DNA from: Candidatus Heimdallarchaeota archaeon
GTDB lineage: Archaea; Asgardarchaeota; Heimdallarchaeia; JABLTI01
Assembly: GCA_019056785.1 (NCBI GenBank)
Contig: DXJV01000085.1
Coordinates: forward strand, 16,476 to 80,475
Reading direction: 5' to 3'
DNA: 64,000 nucleotides
Positions 30,500 to 39,271 of this stretch are shown piece after piece (position 1 is the first letter of the stretch; each line of letters begins with the position of its first letter). Under the pieces are notes generated by a model. The model searched no databases. It was given only the letters and a program-made list of their open reading frames with translations, and was not told the origin of the DNA. The translations under genes were made by a program, and so were the position numbers.

Positions 30500-31738
30500 T
30501 TAAAGAATACCTAACTTTTTGCCGTTGCGCTCAAAAGAAGCTAAAGCAGTATCAAGGTGCTCCTTGGTTAACTTGGCAGTCATCATCACCCGAATACGAG
30601 CAGTGCCTTTTGGGACCATTGGAAATACAATGGGAAGCGCAAAAATACCGTCTTCGTAGAGTAAATTACTCATGGCTTTTGCTTTGTCGTTTTCACCACA
30701 AATAATGGGAGTTATACCAGTAGGTGTCTTTGCCGCTGCGGCAGTGATTTCATGCGTAAAGCCAATTTCAATTATTCGTTTCTTAAAGTAATCACAGTTG
30801 TCAAGCAGCATTTTAACGCGGGGTTCAAACTTTCCATCTTTATTCATAAGCACCTCAATAGCACCAATAGATGCTCCAGCAACAGCTGGGGGATGAGAGC
30901 CACTTAAAAGATAGGTTCTGGTTTTGTTGCGACAGAAGTTCACTAAGTCTTGGGAACCAGTAATTGCACCGCCAATAGTGCCCATAGCTTTACTGAAGGT
31001 GTTCATTTCGACATGGACTTTCCCTTGGAGCGCATAATGATCAACAATGCCTTTGCCTGATTTGTTACGACCAAGAACACCATCACCATGAGCATCATCA
31101 ACATAAATTATAGCACCATATTGTTCGGCCAATTTTTGAATCTCATCAAGCTTGGCCATGTCACCATCCATGCTGAAAACTCCGTCGGTTATTACAAGTA
31201 TTCTTCTGGCATTAACTTTTTCAGCATTCTGCAAGCATTTTTCTAATCCCCCCATGTCTGAATGCGGATAAATGAAGTCTCTTCCTCTTTGAGCTTTTGT
31301 CAATCTCACTCCATCAATAATGGATCCATGGTTCAGTTCGTCTGAGATTATTACGTCTTCGCTACTTGATGCTAATTGTGGTATTACGCCTGCATTTGCT
31401 GCGAAGCCTGTTTGCGTTATCATCACTGCTTCTTGTTCTTTAAATTCCGCCAGTTTTCTTTCCAGTTCCTCATGTAGTGCCATGTTGCCTGCTATTGCTC
31501 TTACTGACCCTGAGCCTGCTCCGAATTTTTCCATTGCTTCTAGTCCACGTTTCACAACATGAGGGTGTGTGCTCAGGTTCAAGTAGTTGTTTGAGCACAT
31601 CATTATTACTTCTTTCCCATCGACGATGCACACCGGGTCAGACGCCGATTCCAGTCTTCGATGTTTCCAATCCAGGTTATTCCTGACTAGTTCTTCGTAC
31701 TCGGCTTTCAAAAAGCCTACGGGGTCTCTTTTTGTCAT
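30500..31738 (-). CDS. kbl: Glycine C-acetyltransferase (2-amino-3-ketobutyrate CoA ligase)
   Basis: CSNNYL, SDELNHGSIIDG, TDGVFSMDGD, DDAHG, TFSKA, FPMVPKGTARIR. Confidence 0.88.
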   Translation of the reverse strand: MTKRDPVGFLKAEYEELVRNNLDWKHRRLESASDPVCIVDGKEVIMMCSNNYLNLSTHPHVVKRGLEAMEKFGAGSGSVRAIAGNMALHEELERKLAEFKEQEAVMITQTGFAANAGVIPQLASSSEDVIISDELNHGSIIDGVRLTKAQRGRDFIYPHSDMGGLEKCLQNAEKVNARRILVITDGVFSMDGDMAKLDEIQKLAEQYGAIIYVDDAHGDGVLGRNKSGKGIVDHYALQGKVHVEMNTFSKAMGTIGGAITGSQDLVNFCRNKTRTYLLSGSHPPAVAGASIGAIEVLMNKDGKFEPRVKMLLDNCDYFKKRIIEIGFTHEITAAAAKTPTGITPIICGENDKAKAMSNLLYEDGIFALPIVFPMVPKGTARIRVMMTAKLTKEHLDTALASFERNGKKLGIL

Positions 31739-31962
31739 GACTATTTTTCTCCGGAAAGCCTTTCAAGGTTTTCTTTCAGCTCAAACGTTTTTCCTCTTGT
31801 CTATTAAACTTTTTTTCTTGCTTTTGTTTTTCTTTTCTTCTTTCTTTTTCATCTTTTTTTCTGATTTTATCCTTATTTTTATTAGTTCCTGCTGTTGCAA
31901 TCTCATCGAAGATTTTTTAACTACCACCTCAGTTTAACAACTAGGGAAGTGTGAAGCAAAAA

Positions 31963-32823
31963 ATGTCTAAAAAGTCAGGACCCACTAAAAGCCGCCTGGA
32001 AGACGACCTTTTCGACCCAGCTGCTGTTGAGCGCGAAAAACTTTACGAGGGATTCCCCTCTCGCAATGAGCTTGTTATTGCTACTGTTATGGAAGTTGCC
32101 AAACACGGCTGTTATGTCCGGCTGGACGAGTATGATAATCTCCGAGCATATATCCATATTTCGGAGTTGTCTCGTACTTGGGTGAAGAATATCCGTGTTC
32201 ATGTTCGTGAAGGGCAGCGTATTGTTGCTAAGGTTCTTCGCGTTGATCCCAGGAAAAGTCAGATTGATTTGAGCATCAAACGTGTCCCTGAGCAAATGCG
32301 GAAGCTTAAGCTCCTTGAAGCAAAACGTAACCAAACTGCTTATACACTTTTCAAGATGATTGTTGAACAAGTCCCCCCTGAGGAGCGAGGAAAAGCAGAT
32401 GAGGTTCGTGATATTTTGATCGATAATTTTGAGATGCTGTATTATGGTCTTGAATTTGCTTCCACTGCTACTCAAAAGAAGTTGGTAGAACTTGGTATCC
32501 CTCCTGCATGGGCAAAGGTTATTCAAAAAGTTGCTGCAGCTAACATTATTCCTGCCACAGTAGAAATTAAAGGCACAGTAGAGATTAGCATTCCCGGTGG
32601 TGAGGGGGTAATCCATTTGAAAAATGCTCTTATCGCAGGCAAGAAAGCTGCTGAGAAAAATACCTCGATAACCATTTTTACTGAAGGAAGCCCACGTTAT
32701 ACCATCGAGGTGACTGCAGAAGATTACAAGGTTGCTGAAAAAGCACTTGAAAACGCTCTCGAACGGATACAAGAAATTGTTGAAAAACATGGTGGGACCT
32801 TTAAGTTCACACGCAAGAAGTAA
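31963..32823 (+). CDS. eif2a: Translation initiation factor 2 subunit alpha
   Basis: S1 domain (YIHISELSRTWVKNIR, KVLRVD...IDLSIKRV), GSPRY, DYKVAEKAL; followed by nop10. Confidence 0.93.
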   Translation: MSKKSGPTKSRLEDDLFDPAAVEREKLYEGFPSRNELVIATVMEVAKHGCYVRLDEYDNLRAYIHISELSRTWVKNIRVHVREGQRIVAKVLRVDPRKSQIDLSIKRVPEQMRKLKLLEAKRNQTAYTLFKMIVEQVPPEERGKADEVRDILIDNFEMLYYGLEFASTATQKKLVELGIPPAWAKVIQKVAAANIIPATVEIKGTVEISIPGGEGVIHLKNALIAGKKAAEKNTSITIFTEGSPRYTIEVTAEDYKVAEKALENALERIQEIVEKHGGTFKFTRKK

Positions 32824-32870
32824 TGGTGAAGTTGAATTTGCTTATATGAAATTACTAGGAGCCAAAGGAA

Positions 32871-33044
32871 ATGTCATTGCATAAATGTTCGAAATGTGGT
32901 CGTTATACAATGAAAGAAAATTGCCCTTATTGCAAGGCTCCAGCAGTTTCACCGGTCCCTCCAAGGTTCTCTCTAGAACATGCTCAAAAATATAGCAAAT
33001 ATCGTCGGATGTTGGTGAAACGCTTAGAGCAGCAGTCAAAATAA
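32871..33044 (+). CDS. nop10: H/ACA RNP protein Nop10 (57 aa, missed by the ORF track)
   Basis: Manual translation MSLHKCSKCGRYTMKENCPYCKAPAVSPVPPRFSLEHAQKYSKYRRMLVKRLEQQSK; canonical position after aIF2 alpha. Confidence 0.92.
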   Translation: MSLHKCSKCGRYTMKENCPYCKAPAVSPVPPRFSLEHAQKYSKYRRMLVKRLEQQSK

Positions 33045-33243
33045 CTCTCCTCGATAGAGATTTATTCTTTCTTGGATATTTTACTTGCCACCGCTTTCTC
33101 ATCCTTTTTTATTTCCAAAAAGTTTTAAAGCACTTTAGATTCTTTTCTCTTGGAGGTTTATTTTTGCCATCTTATAGCTTTGAGAATGAGAGTAAGCGAC
33201 TATTAAAACCAATTAAATAATACTTACAACATCTGTTATTGTT

Positions 33244-34101
33244 TTGCTAGCAATAATCATTCCCTTACTAGTAGTGCTAACATTAAACTACAAGAGAGGC
33301 CCCCTGGGAATAATTATTAGCCTCACTTATTTCGTCTTAATGCTTATATTTGACGTTTTGTTATTTCTAAGGCTTTTAATTTACAAAAAGCGAATCATTT
33401 CCTATCTTAGAGATTTAAGGGATCAGCAAAACATTCTCGGGCTTTTGGCAATTCTAAAGGGAGAGGATCAAAAATGGGCAAAACAATACCCACACCGGCG
33501 ATTGGCTTGCTTGCTTTTAGTTGAGTTTGACCCTGCAAAAGCCCTCAGTTACCTCTCGCGGATTATTGAAAGAGATTTTGAAAATAAAGTTTATACTACT
33601 GACTATCTTTCGATGTTAAAGTTCTTTCCAGCAGAGGAATATAAAAAGATGCTCTTTGAAAGCTTATTCGAAGCAATTACCTTGGCCCAACTTGATTATA
33701 CTTCTTCACAAAAAGACTACGTTCTCAGGCCATCAGAATATAATACTTATACAACAACCCTTTCGCCTTTGAATAGACAATCAAAAAGTGCTTTAACAAC
33801 CATTGCAACAGCATTAGGCTACCAAAGTGTTGCCACTTTAATTAAAACTGTAATTTACACCCAGCTTGCAAACCATGCTCATGAATTTAAAGCGGAGAAA
33901 ACTTTGACGATTGAACAACTTTTGAAGTTATGCCGGATTGGCGACGAGGACTTTCTCAGGAAAGCCATAAACGACTTGCTGATAATGTATCCTTCCCTTG
34001 GTTACTACAATGAAATTGAACAAACATTCACCCCCTCAGCTGAATTTAAGAATTTTAAAACAATAGTTGATATAGATATGGTGACCACAAAAGGAATATG
34101 A
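33244..34101 (+). CDS. Hypothetical membrane protein (2 TM, helical domain, C-terminal wHTH-like); 5' end possibly frameshifted
   Basis: 285 aa ORF; GGAGG + TTG at 33164 lies in another frame, one base short at ~33216. Confidence 0.55.
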   Translation: MLAIIIPLLVVLTLNYKRGPLGIIISLTYFVLMLIFDVLLFLRLLIYKKRIISYLRDLRDQQNILGLLAILKGEDQKWAKQYPHRRLACLLLVEFDPAKALSYLSRIIERDFENKVYTTDYLSMLKFFPAEEYKKMLFESLFEAITLAQLDYTSSQKDYVLRPSEYNTYTTTLSPLNRQSKSALTTIATALGYQSVATLIKTVIYTQLANHAHEFKAEKTLTIEQLLKLCRIGDEDFLRKAINDLLIMYPSLGYYNEIEQTFTPSAEFKNFKTIVDIDMVTTKGI

Positions 34102-34277
34102 CTTGCTTTCTCTCTCCTTCAAATAAAAGAGCATTTCAAAAACTAATTCATAAAGTGTTGATGTTCTTTTACTTTTTTTTAAAAAAAGAAAAAGTGTGTA
34201 AAAATCTGGTAACCAAAGAATACTAAATAAAAAAATGTTGAAGAAGGAGAAAGAGTGTAAGGGTTTCACCCAGAAAG

Positions 34278-34353
34278 TGGTGCACCTCCCGGGATTTGAA
34301 CCCGGGTTCCGACCTTGGGAGGGTCGAGTCTTACCAGGCTGGACCAGAGGTGC
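34278..34353 (-). tRNA. tRNA-Gly(CCC), CCA encoded
   Basis: GCACCTC/GAGGTGC acceptor stem, anticodon arm CGACC-CTCCCAA-GGTCG, T arm CCGGG-TTCAAAT-CCCGG, ACCA end; 76 nt, no intron. Confidence 0.95.
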
Positions 34354-34514
34354 AGAGTAATTATGCTCGGTACAAACCTTCTTACTCAAATTTTTTTTGT
34401 TTGAGCAATATTTGTGTTGCTAAAGTTTCTCTTCTTCCTAAAAAAATTTTCGTGTGGTTTGATGCGCAAGTTATTTTCGAGTAAAAAAAAGGAGTAAAGA
34501 GTATGGTTTAATTT

Positions 34515-35705
34515 TTATCGTTGATCATACTCTATTTGAAATTTTGGTGCCGCTTCAGGTAGTTCCTCTTTATATTTTGATGGGTATTTTCTTTCAGTTA
34601 GAGGATTTTCGACTAGTGGGAATTCTTTCTCTTCTTCAAAATTTACAATAGTGTTATTCGGTGTTGGTTGTGTAGTCAGGATCGTCAAGATTTCTTTCTT
34701 AAGTTCTTCTTTTAGCACTTTCATTTTCTCTGGTTCGTAGAGCTGGTATTTTAGTGAGAACATATATTTAATTTCAATTCTTTCTACATCTGCTAATACA
34801 ATTGGTGTCGAAACAATAGTCTTTTCCTTTGCAGCTTGTGTTTGTGTAGTGTTAATTGTTAACTCTCCAAGATTTGTACTCTTTTGTTCGATGCTTGTGT
34901 TTTTTAATGCATAAATCTCATTTTTAATGTAAGCAATGCCTTGATAAACAAAATATAGACTGTTCATGTGTAAACCTGTAACAACATTTTTTGTTCCTTT
35001 TTTTTTGCAAAAAGAAAGTGAAAAAATTTCCATCAGATTTATTACGATAAAAGCAATACCGGGCCCAATAAACCATTCATCAATGTAATGTATGAAGGCA
35101 ATAATGCTAATCGCAATGGCTCCCATGATTGCTAAACCAGTTAACCCCATAGTTAGAGGAATGAAAATTTTCTTTGTTTGTGTTAGAGGTTGTTCTTTTT
35201 TCTCTTCCAAGTCTTCTTGTCTCATTGGCATTCTGTCTTTTTTCAGTTTTTTTATTAATGGCCCGTAGGGTATCGCTGAAATTACGATGAAAATGTAACA
35301 ATAAATAGCTATGTCGATATATCCACCTGCCATCCAAGAAATGAAAATTTCTACAATAGTATAAATTATACATAAGGTCAAAAAGAAAGTTAAAATAGCT
35401 ATGCCGGTATTGCTCAATTGTACAGGTAAAATTTCTTTTCTCTCGTAAGCCTTGAAATACCCTCTGAAGGGGAGGTATTTTTTGTTGTTGGTGGGTTCAA
35501 ACACCGGTAAAAACCTATCTTCGATTATAAATCCATAATCTTCGATAGTCGATTCGAATAACGTACCATATATTTCAATAGGTCTTGGATTATCTATTTT
35601 TATATATGGCGACTCATAAAAATAATTGTGCCTAACCAATTCACTTTTTGGATAAGCTCTCTTTTGATTAATCTGTCCCATATTCATTGGACTCACCAAT
35701 TCCAA
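34515..35705 (-). CDS. Hypothetical 4-TM membrane protein
   Basis: 396 aa AT-rich ORF with two pairs of TM helices; a start at the internal ATG (~35687) is likely. Confidence 0.65.
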   Translation of the reverse strand: MELVSPMNMGQINQKRAYPKSELVRHNYFYESPYIKIDNPRPIEIYGTLFESTIEDYGFIIEDRFLPVFEPTNNKKYLPFRGYFKAYERKEILPVQLSNTGIAILTFFLTLCIIYTIVEIFISWMAGGYIDIAIYCYIFIVISAIPYGPLIKKLKKDRMPMRQEDLEEKKEQPLTQTKKIFIPLTMGLTGLAIMGAIAISIIAFIHYIDEWFIGPGIAFIVINLMEIFSLSFCKKKGTKNVVTGLHMNSLYFVYQGIAYIKNEIYALKNTSIEQKSTNLGELTINTTQTQAAKEKTIVSTPIVLADVERIEIKYMFSLKYQLYEPEKMKVLKEELKKEILTILTTQPTPNNTIVNFEEEKEFPLVENPLTERKYPSKYKEELPEAAPKFQIEYDQR

Positions 35706-35918
35706 AAAACTTCTCGAAATGCACTATATTAAGTTTGTTATAACGACATGGCATTTTTATTAATCTATTATTAATTAATGAACTTGATAAAATGGATATA
35801 AGTACCTTATTGAGTTGTATATTCTTTTTTTCAATAGTATCAAAGTAAGCCATTTGGTATTTAATTAACCCTAGATAGAAAAAAAGAAACTTGAAGAAAG
35901 GCAAAGGAGGAATTTTTT

Positions 35919-35989
35919 AACGCGAACTTTCCACTCAAAATCGTCATCATCTTTGCATCAGAAGGGCCAGAGCGGTCATCGTTCGCGTT
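35919..35989 (-). ncRNA. Candidate box C/D small RNA
   Basis: 9-bp terminal inverted repeat AACGCGAAC/GTTCGCGTT enclosing (AC)GATGA - 14-nt guide - CTGA - 7 nt - ATGATGA - 10-11 nt - degenerate D box; TATA-like element upstream and T-tract downstream. Confidence 0.55.
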
Positions 35990-36042
35990 GCTAATAGCTT
36001 CTTCTTTCAATAAAAAAACTTTCGTGTAGTATGCTTTTTTCA

Positions 36043-36753
36043 TTAGCTATCTTTTTTATATTCTCTTGCGTGTAATTTCTTAAGGATTGCTTCTCTTGTG
36101 ATGTCTTTTAAAACATCTGTAGCAACCCATTGCGCTGTTTTTGTTTTAATGGCTTTATAGCCTTCCACTTCTTTTTGGATGGCAGTGTTTAAGGTAAGGT
36201 TTCGTTTTCCAATTTGCCGCAAAGCCCAGCTTATGGCTAATCTAACTGTTCGTCGATCATCTCCAAGTCCCTCTTTAATCACAGGCAGAAAGGCTAGGAG
36301 TTCTTCATTCGTAGTTTTCATTCTTTTAAGAGCAAGCAAAGCCATTAATACGTAACCGGCTCGCCGAACATATTCTTGCTCCCGTCTAGCCCATTCTACA
36401 GCTTTCGTTTTTGCAAAAGGTGTTTTCACAATTAATGACATTAAACACTGGTCACAAATCTCCCAAAAATCAAATTCAGCCACCCAGTTCTCTAATTGTT
36501 CTTCGGTAACTGTTTTGTAATCTTCTATCATGCAGGCGAGGATTCTCGTTTCCCTTGAGTTTATTGCCCAAAGCTCTTCAGCCAAGTCGTGGTTTTGACC
36601 GATTCGTTTTGCCATGGCTTTTAATACGGGTATTTTCACTCCGAAAACCTGTTTGGTTTTAATACCCACTCTCGCCATTCCTTCAATTGCATCTGGATCC
36701 CCTTGCGCTTTTAGTTCTTCGAGAATCTTATTGACTCCCAAGATTTCAGTCAA
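36043..36753 (-). CDS. DNA alkylation repair protein (AlkD-like HEAT-repeat glycosylase)
   Basis: FGVKIPVLK, LAEELW, RETRILA, FDFWEICD, EYVRRAGY, AISWALRQIGKR. Confidence 0.85.
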   Translation of the reverse strand: MTEILGVNKILEELKAQGDPDAIEGMARVGIKTKQVFGVKIPVLKAMAKRIGQNHDLAEELWAINSRETRILACMIEDYKTVTEEQLENWVAEFDFWEICDQCLMSLIVKTPFAKTKAVEWARREQEYVRRAGYVLMALLALKRMKTTNEELLAFLPVIKEGLGDDRRTVRLAISWALRQIGKRNLTLNTAIQKEVEGYKAIKTKTAQWVATDVLKDITREAILKKLHAREYKKDS

Positions 36754-36804
36754 TTTTAGACCCCTTCCAATTTCTAATCTATTATTTATGCGTTGCTTGT
36801 TAGC

Positions 36805-37176
36805 CTACTCATCTTCTTCTTCGCTGCTTTCTTCGATGAATTTGTTGAGAATCGTTTTCGCGTCAGGAAAGTTTGGGTCGTCAATTTTTCGCATTACACC
36901 ATTTCGTCCGAGGGACAACTGTGGTTTCCCTTGCCAGACATTACAATAACCATCTTTGATTTCTAATAAATCGCCAAAACGTGCTTCATTTATCTTGCTT
37001 CCCCAAAGGCTGAGTGTTACTGTTCCTGTTTCATCCCCTACTTTGAGGTCGCAAACTCGAGACATGCCATATTTTGTTTTAACAGAACGTGGCTCATTTT
37101 TTGCGATCACTCGAACAATGATGTCGATACCTGGCTGCTTTTTCGGTTTAAGATCCTTGACTTTAATAAAAGGCAT
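36805..37176 (-). CDS. Single OB-fold single-stranded DNA-binding protein (crenarchaeal SSB/SOSS-B-like) with acidic tail
   Basis: KVKDLKP, VGDETGTVTLSLW, IKDGY, QLSLGRNG; EEEDE tail. Confidence 0.85.
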   Translation of the reverse strand: MPFIKVKDLKPKKQPGIDIIVRVIAKNEPRSVKTKYGMSRVCDLKVGDETGTVTLSLWGSKINEARFGDLLEIKDGYCNVWQGKPQLSLGRNGVMRKIDDPNFPDAKTILNKFIEESSEEEDE

Positions 37177-37361
37177 AACTTTTTTTCTCCATATGAGATA
37201 TTTGTCTTCTTATATCTGAGATAGTAATACTAAACTTTTATTAGTAATTTTCCCTTTTTTTTCGTAATTGTGTAGTAATTTTATTTGTCATTTAAAATTT
37301 CCATCGAATTTTTTATTAATGGCAGTCAATAATTCACTTCCGTATATGTGTGGTTTGAACC

Positions 37362-37874
37362 ATGAGTGAAGAGAAAAAGCCTTCAAGCGATTTTTCGGCT
37401 GTCTGGATGGATGATTTCAAGACTATTATTCGAGACGCGGTAGATTTTGATAAGCAAGTGCAAGTCAATGGATTTGATTTAACGGTGAAGGAAGTCTTTC
37501 TCCTAAAAGGGGAAGGAGTGATAGATTTCGACAACAGCAAGCGTATTCTTCCTGAATATGAACCCGTTCCACTAATTGATAATGATTATTGGTCGCTTCC
37601 AGCGGGTTCATATGTTATTCGATATAATGAAATTGTCTCTGTTCCGTTAGATGCTTTGGGTATCATCCAACCACGAAGCACGCTTCTCCGTATGGGGGGG
37701 ACCATTGTCGGTGCTTGGTGGGATGCTGGATACTCCGGCAGAGGACAAGGATTAATGATTCTCACTCGTCCTGTGAAAATTTATAAGAACGCTCGAGTTG
37801 CACAAATCGTTTTCTTGCGAACGAAAAAAGTCACTAAAGGTTATCAAGGTACTTATCAAAATGAAGCAAAATAG
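37362..37874 (+). CDS. dut: Trimeric dUTPase / dCTP deaminase family protein
   Basis: QVNGFDLTV, PRSTLLRMG, WDAGYSGRG, ARVAQIVF, GYQGTYQ. Confidence 0.85.
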   Translation: MSEEKKPSSDFSAVWMDDFKTIIRDAVDFDKQVQVNGFDLTVKEVFLLKGEGVIDFDNSKRILPEYEPVPLIDNDYWSLPAGSYVIRYNEIVSVPLDALGIIQPRSTLLRMGGTIVGAWWDAGYSGRGQGLMILTRPVKIYKNARVAQIVFLRTKKVTKGYQGTYQNEAK

Positions 37875-37960
37875 TTCTTTTTCATCGAGGATATTTTCTT
37901 AGCTTCAAAAGTAAAAAAAATTGAAAAGTCATTCATCGAGGGCAAGATTTTTCTTCTTTC

Positions 37961-38362
37961 TCAAAAAAAAATGCGAAAAAGCTCCTCAATCTCGTCCAAA
38001 TATCTTTTAGCTGATTGTGTTGCTAATCCTGCTCTCCGGGCTTTTTGTCCCTTAAACTTTAAGGCCATCGTGAAATGATCGGACCGGCAGATCAATAAAC
38101 TTCCTTGCTCCGTGCGAATATTCATATGTCGAAAATTATCTTGTGAGTCAATACTTTGGAGGGCTAAAAGAGAGCTAATGCTTCTGATGGTATCAATTAA
38201 CATTGCAGCTGTTCCTTCAACATTTATGGATCCTTTATGTTCATGGACACTACAACATGGCAAGCCTTCTTCTGTAGTAAGAACAATATCAGATGCGCCT
38301 GCTTTTTCCATCAGCTCTTGGAGCAGTTTTTCTGCTGTAACATTTATTGACTCATTGTTCAT
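37961..38362 (-). CDS. Roadblock/LC7 domain protein
   Basis: IVLTTEEGLP, TAAM, HMNIRTEQGSLLI, AGLA pattern; 133 aa. Confidence 0.75.
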   Translation of the reverse strand: MNNESINVTAEKLLQELMEKAGASDIVLTTEEGLPCCSVHEHKGSINVEGTAAMLIDTIRSISSLLALQSIDSQDNFRHMNIRTEQGSLLICRSDHFTMALKFKGQKARRAGLATQSAKRYLDEIEELFRIFF

Positions 38363-38513
38363 TACTATACCTTCTCATCAATAACCTCAAATTTCTGCAT
38401 AGTCCACTGGTTAAAATTTTTTAAGTTTGTTTATCAATAATGAAGAAAGTCACTCTCCTATAAAGATTTAGTGTTATGAGCAGTTGTCTATTCTCAAGAA
38501 TTCATACAATGGC

Positions 38514-39269
38514 TCAGAATAATACTGGATAGGCAAGTTCGTGGAGTACCTCATATTTTTTCGGATCAAAGTCACTCTCGTCAAGCAACTCATTCAAAAA
38601 GCTAAACTCATATTCGTTAAGTCCCACAGGGAAGATTTTATGGTCAATGTCTTCTTTTGGCACTTCGAAAAAGCGTATTAATAATGGCCCAAGATAACCA
38701 GTTTCAACATAAATTTGTACAATCCAATGGAAATACTTCATAAGCTCTTTAATGGTTGTATGCTCAATTGCATCTGCAATGATATGGTACGAGCTCATCA
38801 AAGCTGCCCGGCGGGTGAGGTAATCTTTTGTGTTTCCAGCTTCGATAAGGTCTGGCAGCAGGTCAAGGTTTGCGTAAGAACTTAAAGCCATGATGACAGC
38901 ATATTGTAAATCTTCTTTGCTTTCGCGCAGAATTTTGAGAAGGATCGGAAGTGAATCTTGATGGCCAATACGCCCAAGCGTTTCTATCAGCGCTAATTTT
39001 TTCGCAAGAGAGGCTATTAATACCTCTGTGTGAATTCTTTGGATAAGTTCTTCTTGCGGTTTTCGCTCGTAGATTTTTGCTAGTGCCATCGAGCAGGCGT
39101 TTCTAACATTCCAAGAGCGGTCTTCAAGTCCCGCAAATAACACCTCGAGGGATTCTTTCCCACCGACTTCGAGAAGTTTTAACGCGCCACGAACACGGTC
39201 TATTTCTTTTTCAGACCCAAGACGCTTTTTCGCTTTGGAGCGTTGGAATGCTTTTTTAATAAATGCCAT
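38514..39269 (-). CDS. HEAT-repeat (PBS-lyase type) protein
   Basis: LEDRSWNVRNACSMALAK, ALIETLGRIG, LQYAVIMALS repeats. Confidence 0.8.
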   Translation of the reverse strand: MAFIKKAFQRSKAKKRLGSEKEIDRVRGALKLLEVGGKESLEVLFAGLEDRSWNVRNACSMALAKIYERKPQEELIQRIHTEVLIASLAKKLALIETLGRIGHQDSLPILLKILRESKEDLQYAVIMALSSYANLDLLPDLIEAGNTKDYLTRRAALMSSYHIIADAIEHTTIKELMKYFHWIVQIYVETGYLGPLLIRFFEVPKEDIDHKIFPVGLNEYEFSFLNELLDESDFDPKKYEVLHELAYPVLF

Positions 39270-39271
39270 CT

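Noticed and set aside
31975-32790. 271-aa antisense ORF over aIF2 alpha, plus the many other short antisense/overlapping ORFs in the track
   Set aside because: Shadow ORFs of well-supported genes, with no recognisable motifs.
33244-35705. Integrated element at tRNA-Gly (hypothetical genes on both sides)
   Set aside because: I found no integrase or transposase and no duplicated tRNA 3' end (att site) in the window.
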